From IMG/VR virus record IMGVR_UViG_3300031760_000033, positions 11,727 through 75,726 of that record: 64,000 nucleotides of DNA; one strand, given 5' to 3'. This DNA comes from a virus (lineage: Duplodnaviria; Caudoviricetes). The notes beneath the pieces were generated by a model, which had not been told where the DNA came from, did no database searches, and worked only from the letters and a program-made list of their open reading frames with translations. Both the position numbers and the translations under genes were made by a program. Below are positions 28,109 to 34,686 of this stretch, in pieces (the first letter of the stretch is position 1; each line of letters opens with the position of its first letter).

Positions 28109-28860
28109 TAGAATTTATCGTTTTCAATAATAAATCTGTCGTCCGGGTGGGCCACAGCAACAGGAACACCGGGGAGCGCCGCCTGTACCTCTGTATGGGC
28201 GTAACTCTCGTTGATGTTCTGATGGCTGAGGTGTATCAGGATTACTTGTTTGAGGTGAGGGTTCATGTTGGCTTTGCAGAAAGCGATGCAGTCTGACAGT
28301 CCGAGGTGGTTTTCCGGGTGGCTGGGGCTGACCTCGTTCTCTGCGAGGTTGTCGAGGAGGGTGTCATCGTCGTGGTTGCACTCGACCATGATGCAGTCGA
28401 TGTCTTTGAAGCGATACTTGCATTCTATGGCGTCGGTTACGAACACTATTCTCTCCCCGGACGGAGTTTCTATCAGGAAGCCGTAATTTGGCACGTTGTG
28501 GGCGACCTCAAACGGTTGGATTGTAAATCCTCCAACGTCGGTCTTTGAGGCTGTCAGGAGGCGCTTTACGCCATAAATATCGCCCTGAGGTACGGATGCT
28601 GCAATCTGGTCGAAAACTCCCTCATAGACCTTCTCGCCTATATAGACCGGAACGCCACGATGGAGCATTGACTTTACGGTCGAAGGATTGAAATGGTCAT
28701 CATGCTTGTGCGAACAGGCCGCACCAACGATTGAACCATCAGCAAGCGAATAGTATTCGAGAGGCTTGCAACCAAGCTCCAAAAGAAGGGTCTTGTGGTT
28801 ACTGACAAGCAAATATCCGTTGCCGGCAGAGGATGACGATATAACCTTAATCACAGTCAT
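28108..28860 (-). CDS. MBL-fold metallo-hydrolase (phage recombination-associated exonuclease type)
   Basis: SSSAGNGYLL, HKHDDH, HNVPNYGFLI, FVTD, ECNHD, HL, ILIHLS motifs. Confidence 0.9.
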   Translation of the reverse strand: MTVIKVISSSSAGNGYLLVSNHKTLLLELGCKPLEYYSLADGSIVGAACSHKHDDHFNPSTVKSMLHRGVPVYIGEKVYEGVFDQIAASVPQGDIYGVKRLLTASKTDVGGFTIQPFEVAHNVPNYGFLIETPSGERIVFVTDAIECKYRFKDIDCIMVECNHDDDTLLDNLAENEVSPSHPENHLGLSDCIAFCKANMNPHLKQVILIHLSHQNINESYAHTEVQAALPGVPVAVAHPDDRFIIENDKF

Positions 28861-29240
28861 TATTCTTCTGGTTTAATGCTTACCAATTCATTACTGGCCA
28901 CTTCTTTGAGCATCTTTGCAATCTCATCAGGTTCATATTGTGCCGTGGTCATAGATTCTGTCAGGAATCCGGCAAAGGTGCAGACAAACTTTTCGTTGGC
29001 AGACAGCTCTTTCTCTCCCATATTGTCGAGAATGACATGGATAAGCTCATGGAAGAAAGTGTTGACCTTGTTGCCGGCGCCCTGAACGCTATTCTTATCG
29101 AATATGTCTGCAATCTCTATAAATCCACCACAGTAGGATGAAATACCGACAGCGTTTCCGTCGCATCGTTCGACTCTTCTGACTTCATACGGCTGACCGC
29201 CGCAGTTGAATGTAGATGGAATAAGGCTTGTATTCTTCAT
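28860..29240 (-). CDS. Small HExxH zinc metallopeptidase-like protein
   Basis: TFFHELIHVIL...NEKFV; start MKNTSL at 29240. Confidence 0.7.
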   Translation of the reverse strand: MKNTSLIPSTFNCGGQPYEVRRVERCDGNAVGISSYCGGFIEIADIFDKNSVQGAGNKVNTFFHELIHVILDNMGEKELSANEKFVCTFAGFLTESMTTAQYEPDEIAKMLKEVASNELVSIKPEE

Positions 29241-29258
29241 TATCAGTGAATTTGGTTT

Positions 29259-29314
29259 GAGAGGCACCGAGACTCGAACTCGGACGGGCTTAACCGCGCT
29301 GCCATACCACCTCT
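29259..29314 (-). ncRNA. tRNA-like RNA lacking the anticodon arm
   Basis: Acceptor AGAGGTG/TGCCTCT, D-like arm GGC-AGCGCGGTTAA-GCC, perfect T arm CCGAG-TTCGAGT-CTCGG; no anticodon arm. Confidence 0.6.
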
Positions 29315-29320
29315 TCCAGA

Positions 29321-29328
29321 CAAAAGTA
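29321..29328 (-). promoter_or_regulatory. Sigma-A -7 box (TACTTTTG) directly upstream of the tRNA-like RNA
   Basis: Box ends 7 nt before the acceptor-stem 5' end. Confidence 0.55.
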
Positions 29329-30063
29329 TTACTGCTCGATGATGGCGATTTCGGGGCCGTAACCCTTAATTTCTTCAATCACCTTGTCGATGGCAGAGTT
29401 GCGGGCCTCCTCCATGATGTCGTTCACGCCGGCAGACTGGAGGACGATGGTAACGTCGGTGCCGTCGATGCTGGCGTAGGTCTCGACCTCAACCTCGACG
29501 GGCTGGCAACCCTTGAACACGGGGATGCGGAGGGAGAACTTCTGGGGAATGTTGGACTCGACGGCCTGACGGAAGGCGTAGTTGCGGTTGCCGTTTTCCT
29601 GACTCTCGCGGGTAACGTCCTGAGCAACTCGTGCGTTGAACGATTTGAGAGAGCCGACGGCGGCCATGTTCTCTTCCTTCGAGACGAAGAGGGAGCGGTT
29701 CATTTTGAGGAACTGGCCCAGCTGCTCAGGGTTCCACTTCTTGCCAGTGTTGATACCGAACTTGGTAACGATGTCGCAGACGGCAATCTTACCACGGATG
29801 GAGCCGTCTTTGTACGGGTCATCTTCATTGATGACAAGGCAGATACTCATGCCATCGCGGTCAACGAGAACATGGGCCTTGTGCTGGTCGATGTCGCCGA
29901 CACGCTTCTCCAGCCAACGGGCGGGGGCTTCGATGGTGCCGTCAATACTGACTTTGATGGGAGCCTTTGCGTCCAGCTGCTTGGGGGCCGGGCCGTAGAG
30001 GACCTGAACTTGGGTCTGACCTTCGGGGAGGTTCACGGTGATGGGTTTTTCGTTGTTTTCCAT
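29329..30063 (-). CDS. Conserved phage protein (YfdQ/DUF2303-like)
   Basis: GTIEAPARWL.KR, KFGINT, F.KMNR, SNIPQKFSLRIPVFKG. Confidence 0.55.
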   Translation of the reverse strand: MENNEKPITVNLPEGQTQVQVLYGPAPKQLDAKAPIKVSIDGTIEAPARWLEKRVGDIDQHKAHVLVDRDGMSICLVINEDDPYKDGSIRGKIAVCDIVTKFGINTGKKWNPEQLGQFLKMNRSLFVSKEENMAAVGSLKSFNARVAQDVTRESQENGNRNYAFRQAVESNIPQKFSLRIPVFKGCQPVEVEVETYASIDGTDVTIVLQSAGVNDIMEEARNSAIDKVIEEIKGYGPEIAIIEQ

Positions 30064-30089
30064 AGCTATGATAATTTTATGTTACTGAA

Positions 30090-30521
30090 TTAGTTGTTTG
30101 TGCCGGTCTTGCGGGCAGCTTGGAAGATGTTACGCTGCAACTCGTCAGCGAAAGCCGGACGGCTGTCAACGAGGTCGCCTTCTTTATTGTAGAAGTCAAC
30201 CATGCGGGTCTCTTCGTCGATGAACTTGTAGCACAGACCGGTTACGACCTCGGATTTGTGTTTGAGGTTCTTAATCTGTTTGGTGCGGATTTCCTCGTAA
30301 GGCTTTGCCTCTTCTTTGAAGGCATCCATGGCGAGTTTCTTCTCCTCGGCGATGTCGGCCAGCTTGATACTGGCATCTGTGAGTTTTTCACGGCACTCAG
30401 CCAGTTCCTCGGATGTCAGCTGGCGGGTGTAGGTAATTTCCTGCGTAGCGTCGCAGTTGTCGTTCAAGTACTCCGCACGGCGTTCAATGGGGTACTCTTT
30501 TCCAAGTTCTTTGTCTAACAT
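30090..30521 (-). CDS. Conserved hypothetical coiled-coil protein
   Basis: 143 aa with high-expression codon usage. Confidence 0.7.
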   Translation of the reverse strand: MLDKELGKEYPIERRAEYLNDNCDATQEITYTRQLTSEELAECREKLTDASIKLADIAEEKKLAMDAFKEEAKPYEEIRTKQIKNLKHKSEVVTGLCYKFIDEETRMVDFYNKEGDLVDSRPAFADELQRNIFQAARKTGTNN

Positions 30522-30539
30522 AATAAACTGTTTTAATTG

Positions 30540-31064
30540 TTAATATTTGATTTTGTGAAAAATACGTTTAATCCAAGGCATAGTGTTGTATGCTTCGATT
30601 TTGTTCTTGATGGAGGTAAGCTCAGTGTTCTTCTTGTCGATTGTCTGGGCGTAGTCACGGACCATCTTGAAGCACTCATCTTTCTCTTTTTTGGCCTTCT
30701 CAATTTCGTCGGAGGTGTATCTGTCGATAGCGAGTCTCTCGCAATACTCTTCCACGGCATTTTCATCGACACCGAGGATGCAGTAATGCTCGATGGTGTG
30801 GTCATGCACATGGAGGATGCTATCTACCATATCGTCGTGGGAGTGTCGCACGGTTTCCTTGGCACCGACAGCGACCTTGATACATTTGAGCTGCTGGATA
30901 ACCATTCCCATAGTCTTGGCGTTGCAGACAAAGTTGCCGTACATCTTGACGAACTGCTCACCGTCAACCCAGACACCTTTCTTCGACTCTACAACGAGCT
31001 TTCCCTCCTCGTTGAAGTAGAATTTCTGTGCTTTCTTGTATTCTCTTACTTCGTTGTCTTCCAT
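30540..31064 (-). CDS. Hypothetical protein
   Basis: Probable start MEDNEV at 31064 (the longer track ORF starts inside the tRNA-like element). Confidence 0.65.
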   Translation of the reverse strand: MEDNEVREYKKAQKFYFNEEGKLVVESKKGVWVDGEQFVKMYGNFVCNAKTMGMVIQQLKCIKVAVGAKETVRHSHDDMVDSILHVHDHTIEHYCILGVDENAVEEYCERLAIDRYTSDEIEKAKKEKDECFKMVRDYAQTIDKKNTELTSIKNKIEAYNTMPWIKRIFHKIKY

Positions 31065-31078
31065 TGTTTTTGATATTT

Positions 31079-31159
31079 TGGGCCCTCGACTGGACTCGAA
31101 CCAGCGACTTTTACCCACATGGCCGTGAGTAACGGTCTAACCAACTGAACTACGAGGGC
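31079..31159 (-). ncRNA. tRNA-like RNA with extended anticodon arm (8 bp, 6-nt loop)
   Basis: GCCCTCG/CGAGGGC acceptor then CCA; TA-GTTC-AGTTGGTTA-GACC D arm; TTACTCAC-GGCCAT-GTGGGTAA; AAGTC; GCTGG-TTCGAGT-CCAGT. Confidence 0.75.
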
Positions 31160-31163
31160 ATTT

Positions 31164-31250
31164 TGGCTGCAAAGGCGGGATTTAAACCCACATCTGGCGC
31201 GTGGCGCCGTTTTACCAACTCTCCTGAGGAGATTAAACTACAATGCAGCC
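31164..31250 (-). ncRNA. tRNA-like RNA with 3-nt anticodon loop and hairpin inserted in the D loop
   Basis: GGCTGCA/TGCAGCC-A stem; TAGTTTAA[TCTCC-TCA-GGAGA]GTTGGTAAAAC; GGCGC-CAC-GCGCC; GTGGG-TTTAAAT-CCCGC. Confidence 0.6.
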
Positions 31251-31276
31251 CCCTAGGTTTCAAAGCGTGTTGCTCT

Positions 31277-31438
31277 TCAAATTGCTCTGACTGAACGGAG
31301 CTTCTTCTTGTTGTTCGTCCGGTTGTTTGTGCGGGCCTTACGGCATTTGTAGCGGTATGGTCTGGCGTACTTACTGGCGCAGAAGCGGCCACCGAACTCA
31401 TCGGATGTCATTAACGGTTGCGGTAACATAACTGTCAT
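31277..31438 (-). CDS. Small basic protein (53 aa, not in ORF track)
   Basis: MTVMLPQPLMTSDEFGGRFCASKYARPYRYKCRKARTNNRTNNKKKLRSVRAI; starts 13 nt after the recT stop. Confidence 0.45.
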   Translation of the reverse strand: MTVMLPQPLMTSDEFGGRFCASKYARPYRYKCRKARTNNRTNNKKKLRSVRAI

Positions 31439-31451
31439 GTCTTATAGGTTA

Positions 31452-32330
31452 TTAAATTTTGTACTCTTCGGGGACTTCGCCGGCGGCGGGCTGGGCGGCA
31501 GGAGCGTCAGGAGCAGGAGCTGTGTCGGGTGCCGGCTGTGCGTTGTCAGGATTGTCGTTGGAATTGGTCTGGACCTCCTCAAAGTCGGTAAACTCCTCAC
31601 CGTTGTCGCCAACGGGGTCGGTGAAATTGTTGGGGTCATCGTCATCGTCCGGCATGTTCACAGGGTCTGGAGTGGCGTTGATGACTTTCGTGCAGCCAGA
31701 GTTGATGATGGTTTTGAGGGCCATCTTCTCGTCGAACTGCTTGTGGGTGGTGAGGTTGGTATTGCTCGACTTGCTCCAAGCAGCGAGGATTTGTTTCTTG
31801 GTCATAACGTACAACTCCTGAGTGCCATCTGAGCAGGGAAGGTACATGTATGCACCGATAAAATCCTTGTCGAGGTTTTCGAGCTTCTGGACGTGCTTTT
31901 CGAGACGCATTTTGCCAGTCTCAGGGTCGATGGAATACTCGAACTCGTCGCCCTCGCGGATAGTGTGTGCGATGGGGGTCCAGTTGGGGAACAGGCGGCG
32001 TACTTGCAGGATGTGGCCAAAGTAGGACACATGGAGGCAGAGCTTGTCGCCTCTCACGATAAAGTAGGCGGTCTTCTTCGACACATCGAGGCCCTTCGTA
32101 CACATTTCAAAGAGTGCCGTCTGGACCGATACCGGTGTGCAAACTTCGAGAGCCGGCTTCTTGTAGCGGTCAACCACCTCGGCGAGAGCCAGCATACTCG
32201 ACTTGATGGCGTTTACATGATTGAAATCGCGTGGCATTACGAAACCTGCCTCGCAGAGGGCGTTCACGCGGTCAATGACCTGCGTACCCACATCTTTTTT
32301 TACGGCTACGGCCTTGTTGTCTTCTGCCAT
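31452..32330 (-). CDS. recT: RecT/Red-beta family single-strand annealing protein
   Basis: SVQTALFEMCTKGLD...AYFIVRG...SYFG...IREGDEF...MALKTII; acidic P/A-rich tail. Confidence 0.9.
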   Translation of the reverse strand: MAEDNKAVAVKKDVGTQVIDRVNALCEAGFVMPRDFNHVNAIKSSMLALAEVVDRYKKPALEVCTPVSVQTALFEMCTKGLDVSKKTAYFIVRGDKLCLHVSYFGHILQVRRLFPNWTPIAHTIREGDEFEYSIDPETGKMRLEKHVQKLENLDKDFIGAYMYLPCSDGTQELYVMTKKQILAAWSKSSNTNLTTHKQFDEKMALKTIINSGCTKVINATPDPVNMPDDDDDPNNFTDPVGDNGEEFTDFEEVQTNSNDNPDNAQPAPDTAPAPDAPAAQPAAGEVPEEYKI

Positions 32331-32334
32331 AATA

Positions 32335-32619
32335 TCAGCTGTTTAATTGTTGGTTAATTTTTTCGATGTCTTCCTTGAATTTTGTGTCCGATTTAAGGGC
32401 AACACAGGCTCTGGCACAGATAATCTGGACCTGCCTGTCTGTAACGCCGAACAGCTCGGACAGGACGTAGCTCTTGACTCCGTTGGAGTACAGCAACCAC
32501 ATCAGTGCGCTACGGGCACCGTCGTAGGGATAAGTGTACTTACCCTTCTTGTACAGGTCGGCGGCATCCACCTTAAAGTGGGTGCTGACCGCTTTCTCTA
32601 TATCTGATTTCTGTTTCAT
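32335..32619 (-). CDS. Stand-alone DnaA domain IV-like protein, copy 2
   Basis: IEKAVSTHFKVDAADL...ARSALMWLL...LFG...C...LKSDTKFKEDIEKINQQL; ATG 32619 just downstream of a promoter box. Confidence 0.7.
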   Translation of the reverse strand: MKQKSDIEKAVSTHFKVDAADLYKKGKYTYPYDGARSALMWLLYSNGVKSYVLSELFGVTDRQVQIICARACVALKSDTKFKEDIEKINQQLNS

Positions 32620-32623
32620 TTCG

Positions 32624-32670
32624 GATGCAAAAGTACGAATAATTTTTGATACACGAACAAAATTTTTCGC
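32624..32670 (-). promoter_or_regulatory. Phage promoter family copy A (TTCGTACTTTTGCATC)
   Basis: -7 box at 32628-32635; 37/47 nt identical to 46305-46351. Confidence 0.8.
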
Positions 32671-32677
32671 GTTTTCT

Positions 32678-33382
32678 TCAAGATTTTTTGTTAAACATTG
32701 TGTCTGAGGGAATTGTGGCGATAAATTTTTCACTCCAAGACTCCTCTTCGAGCTTTTTTGTGAGAGGATTGTTGCTATCGAACACCTCGATTTTGTGTTT
32801 TTGCATCAATGCTTTAGACGCATCGTTGAGAGTCGCTGTGCTTCCGAGCCTTCCATAGAAGTCCTCTTTGAGGTATTTTATCATCCTGTCGGCATGGTGC
32901 TTGCGCCGGTAGCATTCTTTTGTCTCAATGGTGTAGATGGTCTTCCACTCTTCGTAACCCTCGCTGTCAAAGCCAACAGCATAAATGCAGCGACAGAACT
33001 GCGACCGGGCGTCGTACACCTTGACAACCTTGCCTTCCGTGACAACGAATTGATTGGTGATGTTGCGCTCCGCAATCATAGCAATTTCGACGTCCTCTTG
33101 TAGCCTCTTATGAAAACTATCCTCGCCATCGTCGCCACACTCCAGTCGGTCTATTCTGTTTGCATACGCAAATGCAACACGCATGGCGATTAAGCCTTTG
33201 CGGTACTCTTTCATTGTCTCTTCGCTCAGAGACCTTGCATAGTTTTGCTCCCAATCATCCGGGTCAACCTTGTCCTCTTCGAGGAGCCGGTGTTCCTCAA
33301 ATCGTTTCAGCTGTTCTGCGAAAGGAATGATGTAGTGGATGTTGAAATGGTCCTGAGCATATTCAAATTTTCCTCCACTCAT
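32678..33382 (-). CDS. Hypothetical protein
   Basis: 234-aa ORF with ATGA coupling. Confidence 0.7.
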   Translation of the reverse strand: MSGGKFEYAQDHFNIHYIIPFAEQLKRFEEHRLLEEDKVDPDDWEQNYARSLSEETMKEYRKGLIAMRVAFAYANRIDRLECGDDGEDSFHKRLQEDVEIAMIAERNITNQFVVTEGKVVKVYDARSQFCRCIYAVGFDSEGYEEWKTIYTIETKECYRRKHHADRMIKYLKEDFYGRLGSTATLNDASKALMQKHKIEVFDSNNPLTKKLEEESWSEKFIATIPSDTMFNKKS

Positions 33383-33828
33383 TGTTTACCTCCTTCCAAA
33401 AATTTTTGGTTATCAAATTTGTTTCCTATCACCTCGAAGGTTGCTTTGCATTCGACATGGCAATAGCCGTCGTTGTAAATATCGCTGGCGACAAAGTCAT
33501 ATCGTTTTATAGTTCCGTTGTTCTCAACGTGTAACCGAAAGCTTCCTATGGCCTCGTTATACACCACAACACCAACGTCTGTAAGGTTAAACGGCTCTTC
33601 ATGGCGGCGTACAATATCGCCCTCAAATATTTTGACATCGTTTTTATCCTTCATGCCAGTGTATTGACCGATGGTGTTTGGGTCGACCTCCCAATAGAGC
33701 CAAAAATCCTCAGCGACATCTATCAATTCCGCAATAAAGGGCCTGCCGTTTGTTTTGCAGACAACAAGGTGTCCTTCGACCCATTGTCCGTTGTATAGAA
33801 TTTTGCCACGGAAAAGTATCTCACGCAT
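33379..33828 (-). CDS. yopX: YopX family protein
   Basis: MREILFRGK...WVEG.L...TIGQYTGMKDKNDVKIFEGDIV...FEVIGNKFDN. Confidence 0.9.
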   Translation of the reverse strand: MREILFRGKILYNGQWVEGHLVVCKTNGRPFIAELIDVAEDFWLYWEVDPNTIGQYTGMKDKNDVKIFEGDIVRRHEEPFNLTDVGVVVYNEAIGSFRLHVENNGTIKRYDFVASDIYNDGYCHVECKATFEVIGNKFDNQKFLEGGKQ

Positions 33829-34108
33829 TGGGGCCTCCTTTCATTGCTAATGAAGCCGCAAGCCGAGCGATACGGACTGCTATCTTGTTGTGTTCTACGA
33901 ATCTCTCGGGCTGTGATGTGTGACATACTGTGCTGATGGCTGACAGGACGTATCCGTTAATGACATCATCATCGATTACTGTAGCGCCTGCTTTACCATC
34001 ATTACACGAAACTTCAACGATGACATTGAAATTTTTGTCATTTTCTGCGTATGCGTATTCTGTTGCTGCACTTGTCAGGCAGCCTTCAAATCCTAATTGG
34101 TCTTTCAT
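33821..34108 (-). CDS. Hypothetical protein
   Basis: 95-aa coupled ORF. Confidence 0.6.
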   Translation of the reverse strand: MKDQLGFEGCLTSAATEYAYAENDKNFNVIVEVSCNDGKAGATVIDDDVINGYVLSAISTVCHTSQPERFVEHNKIAVRIARLAASLAMKGGPNA

Positions 34109-34346
34109 TTCTTTCCTCCTTTGCTTTTTTGTGTTCTATATAAAGTTCGTTGTCGTTATCCATGCAATCAAGTGGCATAGTGTGCCATACTACGTTTGGC
34201 TTCTTTGGGTCTTGATACATCAAATAGCGGATGCAAGTTTCTCGGATGGGACAATTACATATCTCTGTTTTCCCATCTGGGAACAGCTTAACATCGGTGC
34301 CTGTACAAAGACTAATGTCGCTTCTGAATGGCAGATATTCGCTCAT
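34086..34346 (-). CDS. Hypothetical Cys-containing protein
   Basis: DISLC.G...CPIRETCIRY motif. Confidence 0.6.
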   Translation of the reverse strand: MSEYLPFRSDISLCTGTDVKLFPDGKTEICNCPIRETCIRYLMYQDPKKPNVVWHTMPLDCMDNDNELYIEHKKAKEERNERPIRI

Positions 34347-34675
34347 AGGTCAAGTTTTTGTTGGTTAATTGGGTCTTTCTTTTTGTATTTCTTCCGCTCA
34401 GTCTTCATATAGGGACACAGGGTGCCGTGGAAGATGAAGTTGTTGCACACGTCTATCGTTTCCTGTTTGATGGGGTCGTTGCAGAACATCCGGGTCATAA
34501 TATCCCGCAAGATGGAGCACTTGTTAGGCATATTCTGCTCATCAGCGTTGGTGTACTTGTCTCGCTTCTCGTCATAGTTGCTGTTCTTAATACACCTGTC
34601 GCAGTTGTAATGCTCCCATATCCGGTGTTCTTCTCCGTTACTGAACGGGTCTCGGTTTACTTTCTTTAGTTTCAT
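34343..34675 (-). CDS. Hypothetical Cys-rich protein
   Basis: PFSNGEE...NCDRC...C...CPY; ends QKLDL. Confidence 0.6.
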   Translation of the reverse strand: MKLKKVNRDPFSNGEEHRIWEHYNCDRCIKNSNYDEKRDKYTNADEQNMPNKCSILRDIMTRMFCNDPIKQETIDVCNNFIFHGTLCPYMKTERKKYKKKDPINQQKLDL

Positions 34676-34686
34676 ATCGTGTCGAA

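Noticed and set aside
31040-31078. HDV-like (theta) ribozyme 3' of the tRNA-like elements, as described in gut phages
   Set aside because: Downstream sequence is an A-rich translation leader with no nested pseudoknot.
29259-31250. Canonical decoding tRNA genes
   Set aside because: None of the three elements has a 7-nt anticodon loop with U33, so no anticodon can be assigned.
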